Source of the DNA: an uncultured delta proteobacterium
Lineage (GTDB): Bacteria; Desulfobacterota; Desulfobacteria; Desulfobacterales; QNYZ01
Direction: 5' to 3'
Assembly (NCBI GenBank): GCA_963845145.1
Contig: CAWJQU010000008.1
Coordinates: 512,001-576,000, forward strand
DNA: 64,000 bases
The notes below the pieces were generated by a model. The model searched no databases. It saw nothing but the letters and a program-made list of their open reading frames with translations, and had not been told where the DNA came from. Below are positions 51,097 to 60,868 of this stretch, one piece after another. The translations under genes and the position numbers were made by a program. The stretch's first letter is position 1, and the number at the start of each line of letters is the position of its first letter.

Positions 51097-51703
51097 ATGG
51101 CATTTGTAAACCCGAAAAAACGTCAAGTTCAGGTGAAGATCGTTTATTACGGTCCAGGAAGGGGGGGAAAGACAACCAATTTAGAATTTCTATATAGTAA
51201 ATTAGGTGAGCGTGTGAAAGCGGATTTGATTTCTATTAAAACTGATGGAGATCGGACGCTTTTCTTTGATTTTCTTCCTTTCGATTTGGGGAAAATAAAA
51301 GGCTATGATGTTAAGGTACAGCTTTATACAGTCCCGGGCCAGGTTAAGTACAACGCTACCCGTCAACTTGTGTTGAAGGGTGCAGACGGCGTGGTATTTG
51401 TTGCGGACTCCATGACGGTAAGAAGAGATCAAAACTTTATTTCACTAAAAAATCTTCACAAGAACCTGGTCGCCAATGGAAAAAATATATTTAAAATTCC
51501 ACTTGTATTGCAGTATAACAAAAGAGACCTGGCGGAAACAGACGTTCCCATCCTGCCCATTGAAATACTTAAGAAAAACCTCAACTCCCAACTAAAGGTA
51601 CCTGATTTGGCCAGCTAGCGCTTTGAAAGGAACAAATATACTGGAGACCTTTAAAAAAATCATGACAACAACCATGGTTACCATCAGAGACCAACTAAAA
51701 TAG
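51097..51703 (+). CDS. mglA: MglA-family small GTPase (one frameshift near the C-terminus)
   Basis: KIVYYGPGRGGKTTNL, DRTLFFDF, LYTVPGQV, NKRD; frame change restores ASALKG...QLK-TAG. Confidence 0.9.
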
Positions 51704-52009
51704 GTGTAGCGACCCGCATTTCTAATGCCTTACCCTGTACTTTGTCCGATTTGGAATAATGGATAAGTCTGACAAACTCCAACGCCCCTGTAAATATCAG
51801 GGTCCTGAAAAACCACCTATGTTCGATAATAATCACAACGTAACAGAATTAAGGGTTGAGCGGATACCCCCCGCCGAAAACGAGGTCAGCAAAGTAATCG
51901 AAAACTGAAAAGCGAATTTGATATGGAAACAACTTGTAAAGATTATTGATGCACGCACTATTGGTATTATTTTTGAATTCGAAGCATAAAATTGCAGCAG
52001 GAAGAACGT

Positions 52010-52315
52010 ATGAAAAAAGCGATCTTTTTGTCAGTAATAGTATTATCAATTCTCATCATGATTTCCTGCAAAAATGATCCCACAGACATTGCTGTGATGG
52101 GTGTTGAATTTCAATGGTTGCCAATTGATCACAGTTCTCATAAAAATCCAGAGATTCTGCTAACGGATGTGCCAGAGGGTACTAAACGCTTTCTTGTGAG
52201 TCTGGTTGATCTTGATCTTAAATCATACAATCATGGAGATGGTTTCGTAGAAGGCGGTGGACCCCATCGCCTAGACAACTTTCAACCACGAATAAGCTCT
52301 AAGTCAGAGGGTTAA
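52010..52315 (+). pseudogene. Truncated lipoprotein, YbhB/YbcL (PEBP)-like
   Basis: Lipobox-like IMISC, NPEILLTDVPEGTKRFLVSLVDLD..NHG; PEBP-like similarity ends just before the IS remnant. Confidence 0.55.
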
Positions 52316-52409
52316 AAGGATTTTAAAAATAAAATGGAAAATTGACGTATAGAAAAACACGGTTTAAGCCGCCTTCTTAAACGGATAAGGAAGACTGTTA
52401 TAAACCTCA

Positions 52410-53100
52410 TCCGGTGTTAATGCGGTCAATCTCAAAGAGTTACTGGGTTTTGGTAGCTACCATACCGCCTTGTGCTGGCTACAATAGCTAAGACGCTGCA
52501 CAATACGCCAGGGTCGCGAGAAATTGTCCGGACGGGTCGAGGTAAATGAATTTGTCATCGGCGGTCTGAAATCCGGCAAGTGCGGGCGAGGCGCCGAAGG
52601 CAAAACCATCGTTGCCGCTGCAGCCGAACGCGATGCGTTAAATAGGAAAATGGGGCGCATCCGCCTTCATGTGATGATAGACTACTCGTCATTTTCGCTG
52701 GAAACCTTTATGGATGAAAATGTCGAACCGGGCAGCACCGTCGTTACTGATGCGTGGCCAAGTTATCCACCCATTATCGAAGATCAAATCCATGATCCGG
52801 TCAATCAATCGCAATTGAACAATGAAGATGACGGCCTATATGGTGTTCATCTCATTGCTTCGATGGATAAACGATTGATTCGAGGCACGTTTCAGGGTCG
52901 TTTCGAACCTAAATATCTTCAAAACTATCTCGATGAATATGTGTTTCGATTCAATCGAAGGAAAACAAAATATATCAGGAACAAGTTCATGCGTATCGTC
53001 CAACAAGTGGCAAAATCAGCCAAAATAAAATGTGATGAAATCAAATGAGACCTTGATCCAATTTCAGAATTCTTCGCACTTGAGCTTTTTGGATAACCGC
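52410..53100 (+). mobile_element. Decayed IS1595-family element (transposase pseudogene)
   Basis: LGFGSYHTA..WLQ-TAG-LRR, VEVNE (usually VEVDE), VVTDAW..Y, YLQNYLDEYVFRFNRR; N-terminal zinc ribbon absent; candidate right end ACTTGAGCTTTTTGGATAACCGC. Confidence 0.85.
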
Positions 53101-53287
53101 ATAATTAAAAATAATGGAAATTAAGCTATTAACTGTGATATCGATTTGTTAATCACAAACTTATAAATTTGATTTACAATAAGGAGGTGGCTAAAAGATA
53201 AATAAGATGATATTAAAGCATAAAAAACTGATATCAGAGTAACCTACTGATATTAATACACTCAACTGTTGATTGTAATAATAGAAA

Positions 53288-54583
53288 ATGAAAGCGATAA
53301 AATCTTTATTATTAGCACTTTATTTATTAACCTTTTATGCGCCCTTTGCTCTGGGTGGATGCATAAAGGGGGACTGCACTAATGGTCAGGGGGCGTATAC
53401 CTACTCTGATGGTTCCGTATATGACGGACAATGGAAGAGTAATAAAAGGAGTGGCCATGGCACCCTGACACGGCCCAAGGGTTCCAGATATGTAGGCCAC
53501 TGGGATAATGATACGTTTGATGGCCAAGGAACTTATACCTATCCCGATGGCTCAAAATATGTCGGCCAATGGAAAAATAATAAGAGAAACGGAGAAGGAC
53601 GTTATACATCTTCCAGTGGGTCTAAATATGAAGGTCAATGGAACGACGGCAGGTTGATTGGGGAAGGGATCTTGATAACTTCCGACGGAAATAAATTTGT
53701 AGGACAATTCGATAAAAATGGTAAACTTGTTGGAAAATATTTGCCACTTGCCAAAAAGAAACTTTCAGGGGCGTCAACAGGTGTGGATCTTGATAAGGAA
53801 AAAAACGAGACAGAGATTAGTTCAAAGTTCGAGGAAAAGGTAAAAAAGCCAAGACTGTTTTCAAATAAAAAAACCTTGACAGGCCCCAATGGCATAAACT
53901 TCATTTACATCTCACCGGGATCATTCATGATGGGGAGTCCTGTAGATGAAAGTGGTCGCTACGAAAATGAAACCCAACATCAGGTGACATTAACCCACGG
54001 ATTCTATCTGCAGACTACCGAAGTAACGCAGGGACAATGGGCGGCTGTGATGAAGGGTAACCCTTCTTTTTTCAGTAGTTGCGGAGATGAATGTCCTGTT
54101 GAGCAAGTATCATGGGATGATGTTGAGCAGTTCATCCGTAAGCTGAACCAGTTGGACGGAGCAAAATATAGGCTCCCAACCGAGGCCGAATGGGAGTACG
54201 CTTGCCGGGCGGGAAATACTGAAGCTTTTGCCAATGGCGGTATTACCGATCTTGAATGTAACCGCGATAGTAACCTGGATACGGTTGCTTGGTTTTGTGG
54301 TAACTCAGATAAAACGACTCACGCGGTTGCCCAAAAAAAACCGAATGCTTTGGGCCTGTATGATATGCATGGTAATGTCTCGGAATTATGTCAGGATTGG
54401 TACGGGGACTACCCTTCCAGTCAAACAAAAGATCCTCATGGACCCGCTTCGGGGATTGACCGAGTAGTCCGGGGTGGAGGATGGGATGCCCAGGCCCGAC
54501 ATTGCCGTTCAGCCTGTCGCGGTGCTCTCTCTCCGGGGGAACACAGCTACGGTGTCGGTTTTCGCCTTGTCAGGACACCTTAG
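53288..54583 (+). CDS. Exported MORN-repeat plus FGE-sulfatase (SUMF1) domain protein
   Basis: Signal peptide, CIKGDC, repeated G..Y.GQW MORN units, FMMGS, RLPTEAEWEYA, GLYDMHGNV, GFRL. Confidence 0.92.
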   Translation: MKAIKSLLLALYLLTFYAPFALGGCIKGDCTNGQGAYTYSDGSVYDGQWKSNKRSGHGTLTRPKGSRYVGHWDNDTFDGQGTYTYPDGSKYVGQWKNNKRNGEGRYTSSSGSKYEGQWNDGRLIGEGILITSDGNKFVGQFDKNGKLVGKYLPLAKKKLSGASTGVDLDKEKNETEISSKFEEKVKKPRLFSNKKTLTGPNGINFIYISPGSFMMGSPVDESGRYENETQHQVTLTHGFYLQTTEVTQGQWAAVMKGNPSFFSSCGDECPVEQVSWDDVEQFIRKLNQLDGAKYRLPTEAEWEYACRAGNTEAFANGGITDLECNRDSNLDTVAWFCGNSDKTTHAVAQKKPNALGLYDMHGNVSELCQDWYGDYPSSQTKDPHGPASGIDRVVRGGGWDAQARHCRSACRGALSPGEHSYGVGFRLVRTP

Positions 54584-54626
54584 CCTGAACTGAGCGGTTT
54601 TTGGCTTGCTCCATATCCCTCGTGTG

Positions 54627-56165
54627 CTAAACTTCTAAGTCATCAGATCTCCGAAAAACAGTTTTATCCACATCACTTTTAGCGGATTCTATCCCAGGTA
54701 GAATAAACTCAAAATCATAAACGTCAAAGGATATTGTGTCACCGTGGTTGAGCCGCATTTCATTTACAATTTTCTGACCGTTTAGAAAAGTACTATTTGC
54801 GCTGTCTTGGTCAATAATCCAGTAAACATAATCCCTATATTCAATGATAGCGTGTTGGCGGCTGATGGTATCTTGATTGATAACAATTTGGTTGATTTTT
54901 TCTTTCCGACCGATTTTCGTTTTTTTTTCTTTTATTTTATAGGTGTCCTCTCCGGTGACCTCACTTACATCTCTCAGCAATGCTTCGGGCATGAATTCAG
55001 CGGATACTCCTTTTGGTCGCTCCGATACTGGTGGTGGTGGCGGGCGCTGCGGTCTTGGTGCAAGGGCGCTTACTTTCCGCCGTCGGGACCGAGACAGGAT
55101 AACTATAGTTGATATAAGAAAAATCACGGCGATCAGTATGATAATCGGCAAGGGCAAGGGTAGTTTTCTCGACTTAGGCGTAGCGGGAGCCGGTCTGAGA
55201 TCGCCTGGTTTCTTCATCACATGCTTAATCGGAGGAGTGGCCGGTTCCGGTTTCTCCGTCACATCTTTAACAGGATCGGGGGTGGGCTCTGGTTTTTCTG
55301 TCACATAAATAGGTGATTGCTCAATTTCAGATTGGGGGGGCGCTTGCACCGAATGTTCAGGCTCCTTGAGCTCAATGTGAGGTTTTTCCCTTGAACCCTC
55401 AAACTTTGAAGACTCAGACTCTTGAGGTATTATAGGAGACGCTTTTGGCGATATTTGGCTCAGCTGGGCCAATTCAGGTTCCTTACCTATGATGTGCTGG
55501 TAAACCTGTGAAAAGACTTTGGGGATCTCTTCAGATGTCAGTGCGTCAAAGTATTCACCATTGGTTTTCTGAACCAAGGACTGAATGAGTTCAAAGTCGG
55601 CTAAATTGGTAAAAGCGATACCGAATATTTTAATTCCACTTTTAGCGACACCTTCAGACATTTTTTTCTGCATCCATCGGGTTTTTTCTATGTCGCGGCT
55701 TTTTTTCCCTGTATCGACAACCCCGTCGGTAATGAATACGATCGATTTTTGGGATTTATCCTGTCCGTTGGTTTTTAATTCGATAATGGCCTGTTTCATG
55801 GCATCGGGAATATTAGTGAGTATCCCCTTATAATCTATATTATCAAAACTCGCTAAAATGGCTTCCTTATTGGCTTCAGATGCGATTGTTAAGGGAATGG
55901 CGAGATTAACACGATGATCAAAGATCAGGACTGCAACCTGTGTGTCATCAGACAATTTTTTAACAAACTCGGTAACCGCAGTTTTCGTCAAAAAATGGGG
56001 GTCTCCTTTTTTCATGCTTCCTGAGTTGTCAATCATAAAGACAATATCGTTCGAAATGGTCGAAGCAAAACAGAGGCCACAGTACAAAAGCATGAAAATA
56101 ATGGTAGCCATCGGTAAAAATCTATCTATTTTCATAGCATCAATCCTAATATACTCCGCAAACAC
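54627..56165 (-). CDS. vWA - Pro-rich linker - TM - FHA protein
   Basis: Signal-like N-terminus, MIDNSGSM and ITDG (MIDAS), TM PIIILIAVIFLISTIVIL, FHA IGR..ISRQHA..D..SANSTFLNG. Confidence 0.9.
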   Translation of the reverse strand: MFAEYIRIDAMKIDRFLPMATIIFMLLYCGLCFASTISNDIVFMIDNSGSMKKGDPHFLTKTAVTEFVKKLSDDTQVAVLIFDHRVNLAIPLTIASEANKEAILASFDNIDYKGILTNIPDAMKQAIIELKTNGQDKSQKSIVFITDGVVDTGKKSRDIEKTRWMQKKMSEGVAKSGIKIFGIAFTNLADFELIQSLVQKTNGEYFDALTSEEIPKVFSQVYQHIIGKEPELAQLSQISPKASPIIPQESESSKFEGSREKPHIELKEPEHSVQAPPQSEIEQSPIYVTEKPEPTPDPVKDVTEKPEPATPPIKHVMKKPGDLRPAPATPKSRKLPLPLPIIILIAVIFLISTIVILSRSRRRKVSALAPRPQRPPPPPVSERPKGVSAEFMPEALLRDVSEVTGEDTYKIKEKKTKIGRKEKINQIVINQDTISRQHAIIEYRDYVYWIIDQDSANSTFLNGQKIVNEMRLNHGDTISFDVYDFEFILPGIESAKSDVDKTVFRRSDDLEV

Positions 56166-56224
56166 GTTTGTCCCCTGAAAACCAGTTCTCCCATGATCGT
56201 TCCTTAACGTCAGTCATAGATTTT

Positions 56225-57397
56225 TTAAATTACTGTAGAGACAATCGAGTCAATTTTGTTATCAATAATATGAACGTTTTTTTCATTGAAACTCAAATAT
56301 ACAGTGCTACCGATCTCAAGGCCCAAATCCATAAATCTTTTTCTCATTGTCAAGTTAACGATTAAAAAATCATCATTTATTCTTATATTGGACTGATACA
56401 TAAGCCCTCTGTCAAATATTTTTGACACTTTCCCTTTAAATACATTTCTTTTTAGGTCCTGAGGGCAAGTACGGTGTAAAAGAGTACTTTCCGGTCTCAC
56501 ACAAAATGTCACTTTTTCACTTTTAACATCACGTTCGCAATGAAAGAAACCCCTATCATCACTCTCCGTAACAGATATTTTATCAACCGTATCTAAATAA
56601 TTACAAAATATCTGTTCTCCAGCGTACCTCATTGTTAAAACCTGACCATCATCGTTTTCTACCGATGCATCGCGATATATATTTTCAGTGCAGACAAATC
56701 TGGCAACAAATGTGGAAGTAGGACTTCTGAATACTTCATCGGGTGTACCGATCATTTTTATTCTACCGTCTTCCAATATACAGATTCGGTCGGCAAGTGT
56801 AATCGCCTCCTCTTGGTTGTGGGTCACGTGAACCGTTGTTTGCTTTAATTGGTTGTGAAGTTCACGTGCTTCTAAAGTCAGTCTTTCCTGTAGGTTCCGA
56901 TCAAGGGCAGCGTAAGGTTCATCCATAATTAAAATTTTGGGGCCCATTACCATTGCCCTGGCCAAAGCGACTCTCTGTTTTTCCCCACCACTTAAATCAA
57001 TGGTCGATCTCTCCAACATATAGGTAATTCCAAGAATATCGGCCATTTTTTCGACTTTAGCTTTTATATCTGATTTATTTAATTTTTTCAGCTTCAGGCT
57101 AAACGCAATATTGTCATAGACATTCATATGGGGGAAAAGCACTTGATCCTGAAAGACATAACCAATATCTCGTTGTTCAGGTGGCAGATGGTCTCGACGG
57201 GTCCCATTAATCCATATTTCTCCGCTTTTGGGCCGATTGAGCCCAGCAAGAAGTTTCAGTAATTGGGTTTTCCCGTTGCCGGAAGGCCCTAAAATTACGA
57301 AATATTCGCCGTTCTTGATAGTAAAATTGATAGTATGAAGCGAGAATGTTCCAATGGTGAATTCAATATTTTTAAAGACGACCATATCTTGTTCCAT
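56225..57397 (-). CDS. ABC ATPase, ModC/WtpC-like, with C-terminal TOBE-like domain
   Basis: GPSGNGKT, LSGGEKQRVALARA, MDEP, HVTH. Confidence 0.9.
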   Translation of the reverse strand: MEQDMVVFKNIEFTIGTFSLHTINFTIKNGEYFVILGPSGNGKTQLLKLLAGLNRPKSGEIWINGTRRDHLPPEQRDIGYVFQDQVLFPHMNVYDNIAFSLKLKKLNKSDIKAKVEKMADILGITYMLERSTIDLSGGEKQRVALARAMVMGPKILIMDEPYAALDRNLQERLTLEARELHNQLKQTTVHVTHNQEEAITLADRICILEDGRIKMIGTPDEVFRSPTSTFVARFVCTENIYRDASVENDDGQVLTMRYAGEQIFCNYLDTVDKISVTESDDRGFFHCERDVKSEKVTFCVRPESTLLHRTCPQDLKRNVFKGKVSKIFDRGLMYQSNIRINDDFLIVNLTMRKRFMDLGLEIGSTVYLSFNEKNVHIIDNKIDSIVSTVI

Positions 57398-57454
57398 TCT
57401 TTCGGCACCTTCCTTTCCGATACTAAATTAATTGGCCCACCAAATTTTTATTAG

Positions 57455-57560
57455 AGTCCATTTACAAATGACGACTTGCCCCGGATGGCATCCTCGGTTT
57501 TTCGAAATCCTCGAGTCAGTAACGCTACACCTGCGGTTGCTACAATCCTTCAGTTTTGTC
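57455..57560. repeat. Remnant of a palindromic REP/MITE-like element
   Basis: Intergenic ...AAATCCTCGAGTCAGTAACGCTACACCTGCGGTT... core resembling the core of the 62439-62605 element. Confidence 0.35.
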
Positions 57561-57596
57561 TGGAACCTCAATCGCCTATTTAAAGAAGAAAACTAA

Positions 57597-58442
57597 TTAA
57601 TTCACTTTTTCAATTTTTTCAGGATCGAAATAGGCGGCAAAGCCGAATTTTTCAAACATGGCTCTGCCCTCTTCGGAACCTACAAATTCAAGATATTTTT
57701 TTGTTGCCTCTTTTTGTTTCGAGTATGTCGTCATACCGATCGGCGCGACACTATATTTCAGTTTTTTAGGGTCAATTTTAATTATATCAACTTTATCGGC
57801 GAAAGCCTTACAGGTCGCCATCCAGTTGATTTCAGCATCCAGATTTTTCATGGCAAGGGGTAAGACCAGCTTCGAAGCCGATCCACCTGTCAACACCACA
57901 TTTTTGGTTATGTCTTCATACAGCCCTAAATCTTTAAGCATTTTTTCAGTTAATCTACCCACGGCCAGAGCTTCTGCCTCTCCGACGCCAACCTTCAATC
58001 CAGGCTTTGCCAGATCTTCTATCTGGTTTATATTGTGTGGGTTTCCCTTTTGGACACATATCACCGGGATCATAAATCCTGCGACGGTTACCGATTCTTT
58101 ATCAATAACGCCTTTTTCAATGGCCAAGTCCATATAGTGCTGAGAGCCCGGCACCATCGCATCCCCGGTTCTTGTCAACTGCATATTGGTAAGAACCATC
58201 GCCGAACAAAGATATGAATAATCCACCTTGATACCTGTTTTCGCGGTAAATTTTTCGGCAATGGGGTCTAAAGCAGGTTTTAACCCAGCACCGGCTCCCA
58301 CCATAATGCTCTTTGCCTCTTCCTGCACCGCTGCTTGCTCTGTTTCTTTGGAGCAACCCATGCTAAAGAGCATAAGGGCAATCATGATGCCAATGGATAG
58401 CATTCCCATTTTTCCAACGAACGTGAATTTTGATTTTCTCAT
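57597..58442 (-). CDS. Molybdate/tungstate-type ABC substrate-binding lipoprotein (ModA-like)
   Basis: Lipobox SMGC, AGAGLKP, VQKGNPHNI..IEDLAKPG, FVGSEEGRAMFEKFGF. Confidence 0.85.
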   Translation of the reverse strand: MRKSKFTFVGKMGMLSIGIMIALMLFSMGCSKETEQAAVQEEAKSIMVGAGAGLKPALDPIAEKFTAKTGIKVDYSYLCSAMVLTNMQLTRTGDAMVPGSQHYMDLAIEKGVIDKESVTVAGFMIPVICVQKGNPHNINQIEDLAKPGLKVGVGEAEALAVGRLTEKMLKDLGLYEDITKNVVLTGGSASKLVLPLAMKNLDAEINWMATCKAFADKVDIIKIDPKKLKYSVAPIGMTTYSKQKEATKKYLEFVGSEEGRAMFEKFGFAAYFDPEKIEKVN

Positions 58443-58555
58443 TTTTAATTCTCCTTTTAAAAAATTGCTCTTTTATTTACATGAAATTAGTCGGCATAGA
58501 TTTAACAGTTTGTACTTCCCCAAAACAGGGCTCTGAATATTTGCTTGACTTTTCT

Positions 58556-59371
58556 TTATTCTTTTTTAAGTCCTCCGGCCTTCAAGCCAAGTTTCTTAAA
58601 CATGGATAAATAAATAGCGCTCAAGGCAAGAAAAATGATAGTTAGCGATACGGCCATTTCAATGTCTCCTTGTTCAAACTGTAAAAAAATGGCAATGGGC
58701 AAAATATCGGTCCGACCTTGCGATGCGCCACAAAGGAGAAGGATGGGCACAAATTCACCCACGGCTCTGGTCCAGGTCATTACCGCTCCGCTGATTATTC
58801 CTGGCTTTATCAGTGGAAGGGTCACTTTAAAAAACGCCTGCACCTTGTTGCAACCCAGCGTACGAGCCGCGTCTTCATATCTGGGATCTACCGCATCGTA
58901 GGACTCTCTTAAGGCATATAAGGCAAACGAGGCCGAAATGGAAAATTGAGCTAACACAATGCCAGGTACCGAAAAAACGAACTTGATGATGTGGTCTTGT
59001 ATAAAATGTCCGGTTGCTGTGCTAAAAAATATGAGGAGACACATACCGATGATCAGGGGGGGAAGTGTTATTGGCAGATCGAGAATGACGTCAACGACCG
59101 CTTTACCTCGGAAATTGTATCTAGATAAAACATACCCGGCTGGAATTGCCATCAGGATGGCTAGCACCGTTGTGAGCAAAGAGGTCCACAAGCTCAATTT
59201 TATGGAAAAAAGCGTTGCGGGTGAAATAATACCCTTTAAAATAAGTTTCGGGCTGGTATAAAACACAACCGACCCTATTAGGACCACGATAAAAAGAACA
59301 TATATGGATAGAGCCCCCATAGCGATGCCATTGAAAATTCCTTCACCTTTTCCTAATTTCGCTTTCGGCAT
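58556..59371 (-). CDS. ABC permease, ModB/WtpB-like
   Basis: LDLPITLPP, YEDAARTLG, VTLPL, WTRAVGEF, LPIAIF. Confidence 0.9.
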   Translation of the reverse strand: MPKAKLGKGEGIFNGIAMGALSIYVLFIVVLIGSVVFYTSPKLILKGIISPATLFSIKLSLWTSLLTTVLAILMAIPAGYVLSRYNFRGKAVVDVILDLPITLPPLIIGMCLLIFFSTATGHFIQDHIIKFVFSVPGIVLAQFSISASFALYALRESYDAVDPRYEDAARTLGCNKVQAFFKVTLPLIKPGIISGAVMTWTRAVGEFVPILLLCGASQGRTDILPIAIFLQFEQGDIEMAVSLTIIFLALSAIYLSMFKKLGLKAGGLKKE

Positions 59372-59465
59372 TTTCTGTTTCCTCCTATAAAGTTCTTTAT
59401 AAACAAACTCTCTTTAAGACAAATGGCTCAGTATTATTTGGCCATAGTTATATAAACTACCGGTT

Positions 59466-59996
59466 TTACTCACGATCTAAAGGTAGGTAGATCTCCTTAC
59501 CCGTCTCATTCCAGTTTTTTTTACGCAAGATTTTTCCATGATCATATTCCGCTTTGCAGAACATTTGACCATTTTTATGATATGCGGTTCTTGTACCATG
59601 AACTTTGTTGTCGATATAAGTGGCCTCCATGTGCAGATTTCCATTTTCATGCCACATTCTAGCCCAACCGTTCACTTTACCCTTTTTATAATCTCTCTCC
59701 GATTCTTTTTTTCCATCGGCAAAATACGATATTTCTTTTATCTTAATTTTTTTACCAAAAAGCTTGCGTTTATATATCCAAACCTCTTTGTCCACGCCAT
59801 TTTCATATTTAGCCTGAACGATTGTAACCATATCGTTTTTAAAATAGTATATTCCCGCAAGAACTGCGGCAAACAAGATAATAGCGCCAATAATAACAGA
59901 AAATTGAAACCCTTTTTTCTTTTTTTTCGATTCATTCTCCATGATGAAAACCCTATTTATTTTATTAATCATTGCGATAAGAAAAATTAACGCCAA
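59466..59996 (-). CDS. Membrane-anchored MORN-variant (YwqK-like) repeat protein
   Basis: Single TM then Y/W..NG repeats (WHENGNL, YHKNGQ); true start may be the Met at about 59942. Confidence 0.8.
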   Translation of the reverse strand: MALIFLIAMINKINRVFIMENESKKKKKGFQFSVIIGAIILFAAVLAGIYYFKNDMVTIVQAKYENGVDKEVWIYKRKLFGKKIKIKEISYFADGKKESERDYKKGKVNGWARMWHENGNLHMEATYIDNKVHGTRTAYHKNGQMFCKAEYDHGKILRKKNWNETGKEIYLPLDRE

Positions 59997-60794
59997 TCAT
60001 TTCGTTTCTGAAAGCACCACCGTAATATTATCTTTCCCTCCCGCCGATTTACCCATATCAATAAGTTTATTTGTCTTTTTTGACAAATCAGTCGACAAAG
60101 AAAGCACTTCCTGGATCTGTTGGTCGGCAACCATATCGGTCAACCCATCCGAGCAGAGAAGAAAAACATCACCGGGACAGATACGTCCCTTAATGATGTC
60201 GGGAGACAGGTCCTCCGAGACACCAACGGCACGAAGAATAACGTTCCGCATGGAATGATTTTTCGATTCAGCCGAAGTGATCATTCCCTTATCGATTTGA
60301 TCCTGAACAATCGAATGATCTTTTGTTAATTGCTCCAGCTTTTGATTTCTAAAACGGTAAGCTCGGCTGTCCCCAACATGACCAATCACAAATTCTTCAT
60401 CGGAATATCCGAGTATCTCAGCAGTGCAACCCATCCCTTTGTATCCGGGATTCTCATTGGCATGATTAAATATGCGTTCATTCGCGACTCGAAAAACGTT
60501 TTGTATTGTTTCAATGATTTTTAGGGTTGAATGTCCGACAGCTTCAGAATAAATTTCCATCGAAGTTTCAGCAAAGATATGACTGGCCAACTCTCCAGCA
60601 GCCTCACCACCCATTCCATCCGCCACCAAACAGAACTTCTTCTCAGGATTGATTAAAAAGGTGTCCTCATTTTTTAAACGTTTTAAGCCAACGTCCGTCT
60701 CACCGAAAAATGTACAATGATGCGTACCAGCATCCTCCTTAAAAAATGATATAACCCGCAAGAGATGATATTTTAATAACCCGCTAAAATCCAA
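59997..60794 (-). CDS. PP2C-type Ser/Thr phosphatase (Stp1/PppA-like)
   Basis: TDVG..R..NED, VADGMGG, HVGDSRAY, TKDHS, LCSDGL, GKDNIT. Confidence 0.95.
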   Translation of the reverse strand: MDFSGLLKYHLLRVISFFKEDAGTHHCTFFGETDVGLKRLKNEDTFLINPEKKFCLVADGMGGEAAGELASHIFAETSMEIYSEAVGHSTLKIIETIQNVFRVANERIFNHANENPGYKGMGCTAEILGYSDEEFVIGHVGDSRAYRFRNQKLEQLTKDHSIVQDQIDKGMITSAESKNHSMRNVILRAVGVSEDLSPDIIKGRICPGDVFLLCSDGLTDMVADQQIQEVLSLSTDLSKKTNKLIDMGKSAGGKDNITVVLSETK

Positions 60795-60868
60795 AAACTT
60801 TTTCCTTTTACCATCCGCAAAATCAAAATTGACCGATCAACTAGTTATAACGCAATTGACAGGGTAAC

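Noticed and set aside
50980..51960. Integron attC sites (GTTAGGC at ~51006; hairpin-like stretch at ~51835-51920)
   Set aside because: Could not pair an RYYYAAC with a GTTRRRY into a complete attC, and there is no intI; at most remnants.
54440..54583. FGE/CLec C-terminus as the variable region of a diversity-generating retroelement
   Set aside because: No reverse transcriptase and no second template-repeat copy were seen in the window; a remote DGR cannot be excluded.
59466..59996. Toxin-antitoxin system (YwqK-like annotation)
   Set aside because: Only MORN-variant repeats are present, with no adjacent toxin gene.
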